Below, piece by piece: positions 24,101-37,727 of a DNA stretch of 64,000 bases. Position numbers and translations under genes: made by a program. This DNA comes from Octopus bimaculoides (lineage: Eukaryota), in NCBI RefSeq assembly GCF_001194135.2, contig NC_068984.1:116553867-116617866 (forward strand). Reading direction: 5' to 3'. The notes under the pieces are model-generated. The model was not told where the DNA came from. It ran no database searches and saw only the letters and a program-made list of their open reading frames with translations. Positions within the stretch are counted from its first letter, which is position 1. Each line of letters begins with the position of its first letter.

Positions 24101-25949
24101 AATACTTATTTATGTACATTGTTTTGAATTAATTATGCATTGTCTTGCGGCTTCAAGATTTTGATAAAGTGATTGTTTATTTTTTACAATGACATTATAG
24201 GATAGGTGTGAGATATCGAATCTGGCCAGTTTGAACATAAAAGAAGCAGAATATTTTGGTTGGATATGGCCAGTTTAAATGCTAAAGGGTTAAACTAGCA
24301 ATATCTTGCCCAAATATTCTAACTGTCTAATTCAGACTGACCGAATCCAGTCTGTCATACCTACCCTACAATGTCATTCTAAAAAATAATTCAATCATAT
24401 TGTTGAAATCTTGAACCTATGAGATAATGCATGATTAATTCAAAATAATGTGAATCTGCACTACAATTGACAGTAATTTGAATGCTAAAGGATTAAAAAA
24501 ACCAATTAATTCAAGTGAAAAAAATTGATGTAATTGAAAATTGTAGTTAGTAATCTATTTCAAAAGAAAAATTTGAATAAAATTTTGTATAAAAATGTGA
24601 TGCAAAAAAAGCCCCCTTCACATGTTGAATATTGAGACAATATTTCTAGAGGGAACAAACATTCTAGAAGAAAAGAACATTGACAAATAATTGGTTTGGA
24701 TGTTGGAAACAGTTTGTAAATGTTGATTGTTTTATTGATAATAATTATTCAGTCTTGAAGTAGGTGTGAAGCTTGTTATAGCTTGTCATCAGTAAAATAG
24801 ATTGTATGAAGCATAATAATGTTTAACATTTGTGGTCTCTGCATAATAGATATCAGTGAATGTAAGTTTTGAACCATAAATTTGTTGTCAATACATCAAC
24901 ACATTAACCTCAGAGCAATAGTTGCTTTAAACAACAATGTGGAGCCTTTATATGTTCCCTTGAATGCATAGAAATAGTAACAAAATCTCCCTCAAATTAC
25001 ATTATAGCTTTTGGAATAAGAGGTAACATTTTTTTATAAAATAGTTATCATAATCACCATTTAAAGTCTGTTTTCCATGCTGGTATGGGTTGGACAGTTC
25101 AATAGGAGCTGACAAGGCAAAGGACTATGCTAAACTCCAGTGTCAGCTTTGGTGTGGTTTCTATAACTGGATGCCCTTCCTAACATCAACCACATTAGAG
25201 TGTACTGGGTGGTGGCACCAGCACTAGTGAGATCACCAAATAAATCACAAGACAAGACCCCACTCAACTGAGGGGGTGGAGTAGAATTATGGGAGGTAGC
25301 TTTATGCCAGGTGATGAGAGGTTAAAGTATGATAGAGGGACAGAAACAAGTGTCTTACAGTAGAGGAGATGCATGGCTACCCCAGCTGGAAAAGGAGAAA
25401 AGATGGTGAAGAAGTGTCAGGGTGTACACTTAAGATTAAGAAAAGCAAACATAAGAGAAGTGGTTCAGAAGATAAGAAATGCCCACAGAAGGAGAAGTGG
25501 TCATGGCTGGAATGTCATTGGTTATAAATCTATTCAGTCAATATAAAACTTGAGATGAAGGCATTAGCATAGCTAGAGTGTGTGCTGCCATTCCGTTTGC
25601 TGCCCCGGACCCACAAAAACACATATTGCCTACAGCAGACCCAGAAGTGCTGCCTGGGCCAGATTACCCTCACTGGGCCGTCTTAGCTATGCTAGTGGAT
25701 GAAGGTGATGAGCTGGCAAAATCATGAGCATACTTGGCAAAATGTTTACCTGTATTTCGTCCGTCTTTACATTTTGGGTTCAAATTCAGCTGAGGTCAAT
25801 TTTGCCTTTCATCCTTTTGGAGTCAATAAAATGAGTACCAGTTGAACACTGAGGTCAATATAATCGATAAAAAACAAGGTTTTCATATATTATATGCTGA
25901 TATATTTGAACAAGTGCCTTTACCTTAGTTGTTATAATCACAGGCGTGG

Positions 25950-26322
25950 AAGTGTAATGGCCCAGTGGTTAGGGCAGTGGACTTGCGATCATAGGATTGC
26001 GGTTTCGATTCCTGGACCGGGCGTTGTGAGTGTTTATTGAGCGAAAACACCTAAAGCTCCACGAGGCACCGGCAGGAGATGGTGGTGAACCCTACTGTAC
26101 TCTTTCACCACAACTTTCTCTCACTCTTACTTCCTGTTTCTGTTGTGCCTGTAATTCAAAGGGTCAGCCTTGTCACATCACACAGAATATCCCCGAGAAC
26201 TACGTTGAGGGTACACATGTCTGTGGAGTGCTCAGCCACTTGCACGTTAATTTCACGAGCAGGCTGTTCCATTGATTGGATCAAGTGGAACCCTCGACGT
26301 CGTAAACGACGGGGTGCCAACA
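25950..26322 (+). mobile_element. SINE family O (full length)
   Basis: Colinear with 3567-3949. Confidence 0.9.
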
Positions 26323-26598
26323 ACATAATCACAGGGTTTCAGTCTTAGATATTCAATCTCCTTCAGATGCTGTGCTTCCTGTGTTTGGTAATATTCTCCA
26401 GAATTTCAAACTAGGCCCTTTATTAGATCCATGGAGGTAGAATATTCTCATCCCTTTGTCTACATCAAAAGCATTCTTTTTATTAGTTATTTTGCTTGTG
26501 GTGTTGCTTCCTCATTTCATTCGAACCAGTAGCATCATATTATGTTCACCATTTTGTCCTACAAGAAAATCACCATCATCGTCGTCGTCGTCGTCGTT

Positions 26599-26630
<32 letters not shown>

Positions 26631-27044
26631 TTCATGCCTACATACCATGCTGGTATGGATTAGATGGTTTGACAGGATCCAAAGACAGCATTAAATGATG
26701 ATGATCATCATCATGATCATTATAATGACAATGATGATGATGATGACAATGATGGTAATGATGATGATGATGATGATGTTGATGATGATGACAATGATGA
26801 TAATAATCATGATGACGATGATGATGAAGATGAAGATAATGATGATGATAATCATGGCAATGATGATGATGATTTTGTTTTGTCTAGCTCTGAAGTATAT
26901 TCGTGTCTTTTAACACGTTTCAAGAGATCTTTCCTAGATAACCATTGTTGTCTCCGACTCTTCTACAATATACATATGTTAAGTATTTCATATAAACAGA
27001 AATTTTAATCTAGTGCTGCTTCTATTGCATAATTTGAGTTTTAT

Positions 27045-27161
27045 TCAGTTTAGGAGCATCTTTACAAGATCAGTGAATTGTTTATTCACTGCTTGTATAT
27101 ACTCCAGACCAGCTGCAGCAAGTTTGTGACAGAAGCGACCCAAGTGCATGGTATCAGCAAA
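27045..27161 (-). CDS. Candidate terminal coding exon of an unidentified gene
   Basis: Acceptor tacattttgccatttttgtag, then FADTMHLGRFCHKLAAAGLEYIQAVNKQFTDLVKMLLN-TGA in frame 0, with AATAAA overlapping the stop. Unique sequence; no partner exon found. Confidence 0.4.
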   Translation of the reverse strand, partial: FADTMHLGRFCHKLAAAGLEYIQAVNKQFTDLVKMLLN

Positions 27162-27309
27162 CTACAAAAATGGCAAAATGTACATGTGTTGCTCTTGTGG
27201 CAGATGCCAGGATGACTTTGTTTTGTCATCTCTGAAAATTATTGTGTAACATTGTATTTTTTTAACACACTAGGTCTCTGAAGAAGTCTTTCCAAAAATG
27301 GCCACTGTA

Positions 27310-28978
27310 AGGCATATACCATCTTAATATATCTAAGATTTTAATTTAAAAATTTAAATTAAATAACATATTACATAAATAAATCATAGAAATAAATCAT
27401 AGAAATATTAATTTAAAAAATTTCAAAAGTCAAATTTATAATTTGGACAGTAAAAATTAATACGATAATATACAGTATAGAAGTATAAATGTAAAAGGTT
27501 AGTACTGGTACATAGAATACGCGCGTTTTATGGCTGAAATAGGACTATATAAAATCATAAGTTTGCAAGGCTAAATCATATAGGATAGGGAATAAATTCT
27601 GCTTATTATGTACTAACGAATTTAAAGAGATATTATTAGCTAATAAAAAATTGATTTAACTCCCACGATGAACGTAATATTAAATGCATACATAAATTAA
27701 ATTACTTATATAATAAGTTTAGATAACTAATTTATTTATTTAAACCTAGTATTAGGTACTAACTTATAGTTATGATCAGTAGCGTAAAATACATCAAATT
27801 TGCTTTAGAATACACTTTAATCATCACAATATTATACAAAATTGGAACATATAACTACCTTTACTTTAAGTATTCAACGATAATATGAGCAGTCTTTTAC
27901 AATGTTTCATAACATGATTTAAGTAATATATAACTTTCGTATTTGGTATAGTTATTATTCTGCGTAAATCTGAGAGTTTTAAGTATTTTAGTATTATAAA
28001 TCTTCAATAAACTTTTTATTTTAGGTATATTTTCTTTTTCGATATTTTCGTTATTATTTTAGTAATTATAACACGTATTTACCTCTGATAATGGACGTCA
28101 TGCTTATCACGTGACTTTTCAATATTAATCTTCATAGCATTATTTACGTAATATAGAATTTTCGTATGTGTATAGTTATTACTCTGCGTTAATTTGCAAG
28201 TTTAAGTATTTTAGTATTTTTAATCCTCAGGAAACTTTTTTATTTCAGGTAGATTTCCTTTTTCGATATTTTCATTATTATTTTAGTAATTATAATACGC
28301 ATTGACTTCCATATTTAATACGTGACCTTTTAGTATAAATTCTATAGCACGGCCATTTTGCTTTAATATACAGTTACCAACCGGAAGATAAGTCATGTTT
28401 TCTTATTTTAATTTTATAAACAATATTGACATCCGTCTTTTAGTAACTTTGTACACTAACACATTTTTTTTTTACTATTATCTACTTATTCCCTAATGTT
28501 TTAACCTTGTTTACTATAATACTATAATATTTTTAGATTGTAACTCTTAATAATTATATTAATACCGTTAATGTAGGGAATAGTTTACAGATTTTGTCTC
28601 TTTATATGTATTTTTATTTCTCATGTTTATGTGTATTCCTTGAATGATTTTAGGTATTTTCGTAGGGATTTAACCTGAAGAGTGACTGATTTGGGGAGTA
28701 AAATCATTTCCCCGTTCTAATGAACTCGGATAGAATTTACTTATGGTTTTATATAGTCCTATTTCAGCCCTGAAGCACGCGTAGTCTATGTACGAGCACT
28801 AACCTTTTACATTTATACTTCCATACTGTATATTATCGTATTAATTTTTACTGTCCAATTTATAAATTTGACTTTTAAAATTTTTTAAATTAATATTTCT
28901 ATGATTTATTTATGTAATATGTTATTTAATTAAAATTCTTTAATTAAAATCTTAGATACATTAAGATGGTATATGCCT
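27310..28978. mobile_element. 1.67-kb non-autonomous DNA transposon with about 250-bp TIRs
   Basis: TA|AGGCATATACCATCTTAAT...ATTAAGATGGTATATGCCT|TA. Long diverged TIRs, internal direct repeat at about 27927 and 28150, no ORF. Confidence 0.85.
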
Positions 28979-29036
28979 TACAGCATGGATTTGGACGGGT
29001 TCTGAGTTGTAGAGTGGTGGTTCGTCTCTAAATTAG

Positions 29037-29091
<55 letters not shown>

Positions 29092-30269
29092 TACACATTG
29101 ACTGACAAGGGAGACACCCTCCCTATAGCAAGCGAGAGCATCAGATCATCAATGATTTGAGATAGAATTCATTCTTATCAGTGACACTTACTCCATTGCC
29201 TAGGGTTAAGCTGAACTTACTTTGTCAGTTTATTGAAAATACCATATATATCATATCATCATTGTCATCATTTAACGTCCGTGTTCCATGCTAGCATGGG
29301 TAAATATAAATATATAAGTATACATCAGTATCAAATTTTTTTTAAAACAAAGTTAAGCATGCATATACTTAGCCAAATATAGGTGTGATGCCAAATATAG
29401 GTGCACAAGTATAGGCGTGATGCATTAAAAACATCAGACTAGTATAGTTTTTATGAGTCATTGTCTGATNNNNNNNNNNTAAATGTTTTAAATATGTTTT
29501 GAAAACCAAAACAAAGCATGTTATAAAAAATTGATAATTTTGATCGACTGTTAGCACAGGTCAGTGGTTAGTACAACTACTTTATATTTTAATATTTCAG
29601 GTTAGGACTGTAGCTGACTACCAACACCTTTTCTCAGTATATTTTCTGAGAAAGAAATCCTAACCCTGAAATGTTGAAATATCAAGTAATAGTACTAACC
29701 ATTCACCTGTGTTATTAATTTTTTTATGACTTGCATTGTTTTGGCTTAAAAGAAAAAAAACATTTTAAAAACATATCAACTTTTCAAAATATCTTGGCAT
29801 TGAGTGACTCTTGTCAAACATTCACAAAACTATTGCAGACAGAACACCTATGGTCCATATGCAGCATAGTAGTTGAACAAGTCAGTTCTAATGTACTGAA
29901 TGAAGGTGAAGTTTGAAATATAATTCATTATGTAGGAACAACAAAGCTGCAGATTGTAATTTCAATCAGGTTATTATAGAAGCGAGCTGATGGTTTTGAA
30001 GAGTGATTCAAGTGACTGTCAACAAGTAATTATAAATGAAACTTAATCCTCAATAACTAAGTCTACCTTAATGTTCGTTGTTGTTTAACTCAGGGTCATC
30101 CCTGATTGATCATTCCACACACACTCCTCCTTATTTTTGTTGTTTTATTACACTAATCTGGATAAAGGAATTGTTATAAAGGGGCTGTTACTTATGGCTA
30201 ATACAAACCCTTCCAGATTAGTGGGATTGCTACTAATATTTCTGCGGGAATACACAACTTTAGAAAACA

Positions 30270-30780
30270 AACATGTTCTAGATAGAAGGATTCCAGTGGA
30301 ATGAGTGGTGATGTTCTGTGAATAAAGGGGTGGGTATAATGGTTAGTGTAGGGCTTGGGCAGAAAGAAAACAATATGAGTGACAGGTGATAGAAGAAAAG
30401 AGTGAGTCAAGCATGCCTGAGTGAAGGTGACATGAAACTGATCAGCTCTGGGAGAAGCAGAGGCCATTATGATAGCAGATAGAGGAGGCAGCACATCAGT
30501 GGGTCAGAAACTAGAGTCTGTTTGTGAAGTGGTTCTATGGTAATTGTTTAGACGACTTATATCTGAATGAAGTCTAGAACTTGTGTGTGAATATAGCAGC
30601 AGTACCATCCCAGAATTTGGGAGGTATACACAAATGTGGGTCACAACTTAATTTTGCAGAAAGGTAGTAACTAGTGGTGGATGAAGACCTATGATCAAAG
30701 ACACTCTTACCATAGCCAATCCATCTATTTTTTTCAATCCATAGAAAATCTAGGACTAAATTAGCCAAGGTATTCTCTTT
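30270..30780 (-). mobile_element. Degenerate LINE (CR1/L2-group) 3' coding remnant
   Basis: HIVFFLPKPYTNHYTHPFIHRTSPL resembles the P--RT--Y--SF--RT--LWN C-terminal motif. Multiple stops. Confidence 0.5.
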
Positions 30781-31539
30781 TTATGAACATAATTTAAGGG
30801 AAAGTTGGCTTCTATCCTAGCTGGTAAAGTTACAGCATAGAAGTTCCTTTAGAAACTCATAAATATCAGTTTCAAATTTTCACACAAGGGGCCAATTGCT
30901 CTACTGGTCCTTATTTTATGAATCCAGAAAAAAATGAAAGACAAAGTTGACCTTGCCAGAATTTAAATTCAGAATATAAAGACAGACAATGCAATTAGGC
31001 ATTTTTCTCAGCATGTTAATGATTCCACCAGCCTACTACCTTAGAAATTCATTAATATTAACGACTACTGATTTTAAAAGGAACACGATATATCCGCATA
31101 GCTGTCATTAACAAAGTGGTAGTTATTAGTTTTGATCATGATGGTAACGATTATCATCATTAACACCACAACCGTCTTCCCTCTTCCCAGTCTTGGAATT
31201 CATAATCCTATAAAGGGCCATGAATAACTGCCCTTCCCTCCTCACTAATAAATAGAAGCAATATATCTGTCGATACAGGAATATATTTGTCAACATTGGA
31301 TGAATGAGAGACAACAATTTTAGGTATATCTGTTTAACAAGATTTATAGCTATCAGCTGCTGATAAATCCATATGAATAATGGAAAGTATGTAGATCGCT
31401 ATCAAATAAAGTGATATCTGTTAGCAGTTTGATTTATTTGTTGACAGTGTTTATATATCTCTTTATCAATAACCATATTGATACATTGATTCAGTTATTG
31501 ATATATCACAAGATCAGTAGCCAAGTAACACACACACCC

Positions 31540-31586
<47 letters not shown>

Positions 31587-31959
31587 NNNNNNNNNNNNNN
31601 NNNNNNNNNNNNNNNNNNNNNNNNNNNNNNNNNNNNNNNNNNNNNNNNNNNNNNNNNNNNNNNNNNNNNNNNNNNNNNNNNNNNNNNNNNNNNNNNNNNN
31701 NNNNNNNNNNNNNNNNNNNNNNNNNNNNNNNNNNNNNNNNNNNNNNNNNNNNNNNNNNNNNNNNNNNNNNNNNNNNNNNNNNNNNNNNNNNNNNNNNNNN
31801 NNNNNNNNNNNNNNNNNNNNNNNNNNNNNNNNNNNNNNNNNNNNNNNNNNNNNNNNNNNNNNNNNNNNNNNNNNNNNNNNNNNNNNNNNNNNNNNNNNNN
31901 NNNNNNNNNNNNNNNNNNNNNNNNNNNNNNNNNNNNNNNNNNNNNNNNNNNNNNNNNNN

Positions 31960-32014
<55 letters not shown>

Positions 32015-32384
32015 CATACATACATCTGACATCAATAGATATTATTTGCTGTAAATAATGGTTTCTCATGTTCACACAAAACCACAATTTTACAAAGCAG
32101 TAATCAGAGAATTATATTAAACAACCCAGCCCTCAGTGGATGACTGGTATTTTATTTTATCAAACCTTCAATCCAGGCAGAATGATAGAAAAACAAAATA
32201 ATTGAGAATTTGAACAAACAGATCTTAACTAATTATTTGGTGCGCAGCTGCTCTTTTAGCCATTAATAACAGCAGAAATAAATGCAAAGCATTTTACAGG
32301 TTGACCAAAGTTTCAACAGATAACACAGAGTATTTACCAACCATTCCAATTCATGATAGTAACTAAAGACAAAAATGGTGAAAT

Positions 32385-32605
32385 ATTGGTCTCAAATTTT
32401 GGTACAAGGCTAGCAAGCTCAGGGGATGGGGTAAGTCAATTAGATAAACTCCAGTTACTTAAATGATACTTATTTTATTGACCCCGAAAGGATGAAAGGC
32501 AAAGTCAACCTCAGCAGAATTTGAACTCAGAACATAAAGGTAGACAAAATGCTGATAATAATTTTTGCCTAGTATGCTAATGATTCTGCCAGTTTGGCAC
32601 CTTAC
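32385..32605 (-). mobile_element. SINE family B
   Basis: ttgaccccgaaaggatgaaaggcaaagtcaacctcagcagaatttgaactcag. Confidence 0.85.
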
Positions 32606-32610
32606 AAAAA

Positions 32611-32722
<112 letters not shown>

Positions 32723-34149
32723 NNNNNNNNNNNNNNNNNNNNNNNNNNNNNNNNNNNNNNNNNNNNNNNNNNNNNNNNNNNNNNNNNNNNNNNNNNNNNN
32801 NNNNNNNNNNNNNNNNNNNNNNNNNNNNNNNNNNNNNNNNNNNNNNNNNNNNNNNNNNNNNNNNNNNNNNNNNNNNNNNNNNNNNNNNNNNNNNNNNNNN
32901 NNNNNNNNNNNNNNNNNNNNNNNNNNNNNNNNNNNNNNNNNNNNNNNNNNNNNNNNNNNNNNNNNNNNNNNNNNNNNNNNNNNNNNNNNNNNNNNNNNNN
33001 NNNNNNNNNNNNNNNNNNNNNNNNNNNNNNNNNNNNNNNNNNNNNNNNNNNNNNNNNNNNNNNNNNNNNNNNNNNNNNNNNNNNNNNNNNNNNNNNNNNN
33101 NNNNNNNNNNNNNNNNNNNNNNNNNNNNNNNNNNNNNNNNNNNNNNNNNNNNNNNNNNNNNNNNNNNNNNNNNNNNNNNNNNNNNNNNNNNNNNNNNNNN
33201 NNNNNNNNNNNNNNNNNNNNNNNNNNNNNNNNNNNNNNNNNNNNNNNNNNNNNNNNNNNNNNNNNNNNNNNNNNNNNNNNNNNNNNNNNNNNNNNNNNNN
33301 NNNNNNNNNNNNNNNNNNNNNNNNNNNNNNNNNNNNNNNNNNNNNNNNNNNNNNNNNNNNNNNNNNNNNNNNNNNNNNNNNNNNNNNNNNNNNNNNNNNN
33401 NNNNNNNNNNNNNNNNNNNNNNNNNNNNNNNNNNNNNNNNNNNNNNNNNNNNNNNNNNNNNNNNNNNNGATATAAACGTATCTGTCAAGACCTAAAGCAA
33501 ACACATAATCTTCTTATGGTTTCTTAAACATTCACTTGAACAAAACTGTACAAATCCAAATATATGGTACCCTAGGCATAACACCTACATGAACTTCTAA
33601 CTTGTTGTCTCTTGAGGTCTCTGGGTGAGACTTGGATCCAACTTGTACAAATGCAAAACAAAAGTCAAACATAAAATAATAATAATAATAATAATAATAA
33701 TCTGGCAGCCAACACTTTTTTCTGCAAAATAGGGGTAGCTTATCCTGTTCAGGCTATATTATTAGCATTATCCTGCGTTTGAGAATTCAAAAATCATTTC
33801 TTTAACTTTCTAAGACATCTCAGCGGTTCTAAAAGCAAACTTCGTTTGTTTGTCTACGTTTATCGTTATTTTAATTTAAAATAATAATAATTTTTTTTTA
33901 AATGGTGAAATATTAGCTAGATGAAGATACTGTTAACATCTACCTAACTTTTCTAGCACCACAACAATGGCTAGGTGAAATATAGAAAGGTTTTTTTTCA
34001 TTCACATTTTGTACAATCCAGTTCAAACTTATTTATTACAACTGTGAATTGCAAATAAAAGCTATCAACACTAATTCTGTAATATACTGGCAACCATCAA
34101 CACAAAGAAGTGATATTTTGAGTACACAATGAAATGTTGATGTAAAGTG

Positions 34150-34460
34150 AAGGTGCATGGCTTAGTGGTTAGGTATTCAGCTCATGATTGTAAAGTCGGC
34201 CATTAGTTTTTTCTTCTTTTTTTTTCTGGCTATGTGTTGTGTCCTTGAAGATGACACTTAATTTCAGGGGGCAAAAATGACAAGTACTTGTATTTCATAC
34301 CTTGTCACATTCTGTGTCATACTGACTCTCCCTGAGAACTATGTTAAGGGTATGTGTGTCTGTGGAGTACTCAGCCACTTGCCCATTAATTTCTCAAGCT
34401 GCCTGTTCCGTTGGCCGGATCAACTGGAACTCTCAGCATCATAACTGATGAAATGCCAGT
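34150..34460 (+). mobile_element. Diverged SINE family O-related copy
   Basis: gcatggcttagtggttagg head; ttgtcacattctgtgtc...gagaactatgttaaggg...ctcagccacttg body. Confidence 0.7.
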
Positions 34461-35194
34461 TGTGATTGTAAATTATAAAGTTATCTGTTAACAACAGGTG
34501 GCATTGTCAGTATATGCATATTTGTGTGTATGTGTGTGTGTGAGGGAGAGAGAGAGAGAGGTTCTGTGAGGAGTACGGGTATTGCTGTTCCTCTATCGAT
34601 TGATATAGTCAGACCATCTTTCCCTCTTTCCAATTTTGGAAAATTCTTGACTCTTAAGTCATCCCTTCTCATTTAGAGATGGTACCAACAGCCGTCTGAC
34701 AATTTATCTTCTGCTTTAACAAGCAGAAATAATTTCAATAAAACTAAGAATTTATCTCGTATCTTATTTAATATATTCTTATCTATTTTCATTGTTGAAA
34801 TACATGCAACTGGTCATTCTGAGTTATTTCCCTTAACTCATTTTGTTTCGTTTATGCAAATAACCTAGGCCATATGTTCCACTCTTCTTCGTATATTTCT
34901 AAGTGTCTTGTCTGCTGAAGATTAGGTACAACTATTGCTGAGCTGATGACGTTTATTGAAGTACAACCTATGTCCATAGCTGTCCTTTCTATAATAGCAG
35001 GCCAATTTTTGAGAAATTTTGATTCTTAAAATTATGTCCCTTACTAATTTGGAGTTGGTCCCTAGTACTGTTGTACCTTCTCTGGAAAGATAATTCTAAT
35101 AAACCAAGAATATATTGACATTCATCTTGTCATGGGGAGTTACTTATTTTAACTCGTGTTCACGTATGATATATATATATATATATATATACAT

Positions 35195-35454
35195 ATTCTT
35201 TTATTCTTTTACTTGTTTCAGGTATTTGACTGTGGCCATGCTGGAGCACCACTTTGATGGGTTTTAGAGAAACAAATCGACCCTGGGACTCATTTTTTTT
35301 AAAGCCTAGTATTTATCTATCAGTCTCTTTTGCTGAACCATAAAGTTACATGGGGGACATAAACACACCAACACCAGCTGTCAAGCAGTGATGGGGGGAC
35401 AAACACAGACATGAAGACACGCACACACATATATATATATATATATGTATATAT

Positions 35455-35489
<35 letters not shown>

Positions 35490-35625
35490 CGATGGGCTTC
35501 TTTTAGTTTTCATCTACCAAATCCACTCACAAGGTTTTGGCTACTTCAAGACTATAGTAGAAGACACTTGCCCAAGGTGTCATGCAGTGGGACTGAACCT
35601 GGAACCATGTGGTTGGGAAGTAAGC
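35195..35625 (-). mobile_element. SINE family A
   Basis: Family A tail and body. Confidence 0.88.
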
Positions 35626-35639
35626 TTCTTCAGTTTGGT

Positions 35640-36000
35640 GGGGTTGCCTGTTTAGATGCTGATCACCCGATTGTGCAGCAGGTTGTACTGTAACCATAAT
35701 TTGCTCAAAATGTCACTAAAAGCAGCTTATAACCTAAAGGTTCATATTGTAGATATTGAAGACTGGGAGTAGATGAGAAGAAATTGATCGGTTTGGAAAG
35801 AATTGCTCTACAATGGTTGTAATACATTTGAAACGTGGAGAATTGAACACTCAATCTTGAAATGAACACTTTATAAACAGGATTTGATTTCAGCCCCAGA
35901 CATTTTTACTGCCTGAAAAAAGTTTGTGACATCAGTTCTAGGGTCTGTTTGTCATCTGAAATCTCATGACAACATTTACTAATTGAAGATAAAGTGATGA
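35640..36000 (+). mobile_element. RTE-like LINE 3' coding remnant
   Basis: VDIEDWE...R..SVWKELLYNGCNTFETWRIEHSILK resembles the RTE C-terminus (WE----DR--WR------FE--R), followed by a single-finger remnant CHLKSH. Confidence 0.65.
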
Positions 36001-37170
36001 CAATTGCCACCACCACCACCACCACCATTCATACACACATACAATCATACATACATACCTCTATATATGTCTATATACATATATATATAAAGTGTGTGTG
36101 TGTGTGTGTGTGAAATTAAATACACAACCGAAAGAGCTACTAATAGTTTCATATTATCATAATACTCAAATTTATAAAATACACCACGTATCTTAAAGAA
36201 ATCTTTCATGTCCTGTTTATGCATTATAAATATATTTTTAAAAACAAGGATGCTAGACAGTAAGAAAATAAGAAAAACACATGGTAAAAACACGAAGAAG
36301 TTTGGTGCCAAAAATGGAACAAGAAAAAAATGAAATCAAGAACTCAGATCATTGTCCTCCCTGATTGTAGAAAGCTCATTAGATACAACTGGTTTAGAAC
36401 AAGAGAGAGAAAGAGAAACTCACACACATATGCATGTCTGTATAATTATATATGTGTATATATGTATGTATCTTTTATCTTTTACCTATTTCAGTAGTTG
36501 GAAAGCTACAACAATGTTAAGAAGTGCATTGTGACTAGCATTGTATAACATCTGATAGTCTGATAAAACGATACAATTATATACATACATAAACACACAC
36601 ACACACATCTTTTACTTGTTTCAGTCATTAAATTGTGGTCATAGTGGTCATACAGAGGCATTGCCTTGAAGAATTTTAGTTGAATGGATTAACCTCAGTA
36701 CTTATTTATTTATTTATTTTTTTCATGTTAAGCCTTGTACTTATTCTATTGGACTTTTTTTGCCAAACTGTTAAGTTACAGGAATATAAACACACCAACA
36801 ACAGTTGCCAAGTGGTGGTGGAGGACAGACACAGGTAGAGAGAGACACACACACATAAATAGATAAATCCACTCACAAAGCTTTGTTAGCCTGAGATTAT
36901 AGAAGACACTTGCCCAAGGTGCCATGCAATGGGACTGAACCTGGAACAATGAGATTAGGAAGCAACCTTCTTACCACACATCCATGCATATATATATATA
37001 TATATATATAGTCATTTTATCATCTTTATCTTATGATATTTACTTTGTATTATATTATACTCATTTATTGTGTTTTTAATTATTAATTTTTCTATATGTG
37101 ACAGTGGATTTTCATCGATGAGTTCATGAACCTTGGTTCTTTTCCCTAAAACTATATATTTATTTATTTA

Positions 37171-37206
<36 letters not shown>

Positions 37207-37210
<4 letters not shown>

Positions 37211-37316
37211 AAAAAATGAGTAGAGATGGCTTTTTTGAGGGGATAAAATATTATTATTACAATTAAAATAAAAATTATCCCCTTAAAAAAAAGCCATCTC
37301 TGCTCATTCTTTCAAA
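37207..37316. repeat. Short hairpin (about 40-bp arms)
   Basis: tttgaaaaaatgagtagagatggcttttttgaggggataa pairs with ttatccccttaaaaaaaagccatctctgctcattctttcaaa. Confidence 0.85.
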
Positions 37317-37371
37317 TAAATATAATACTATACCAAGAACTTTCTCTTTATTATTCTACTATATACATACA

Positions 37372-37439
<68 letters not shown>

Positions 37440-37727
37440 AAAGGAAGAACTCGCAATTAAGAATAATTATAGTCCATGTTTGTCTAACAGTAAATGAGTA
37501 GCTGAAAATGATATACGAAACCTGACAATACAGCCAAGAATATATTCAAACACATTCTGTAATAATTTCTTAACATATACTCGACGATGATAGTGACAGT
37601 ATAAATATGAATGTGAAAGAGCTATAAACAACAAGAGAGAGAATAAAATGTGTGTATGCTTGTGGATGTCTATGGATGTGTGTGTATATGCATACATATA
37701 TGTGTGTGTGTGTGTGTGTGTGTGTTA

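Noticed and set aside
27100-27161. Resemblance of FADTMHLGRFCHKL to a PrimPol segment
   Set aside because: Only a short match recalled from memory. That segment is internal in PrimPol, whereas this frame stops after 38 aa and no other PrimPol motifs are present.
35045-35081. Possible 37-nt minus-strand microexon (tctttccag...TTA|GTAAGG)
   Set aside because: Splice-like motifs only; the peptide is uninformative and such matches are expected by chance.
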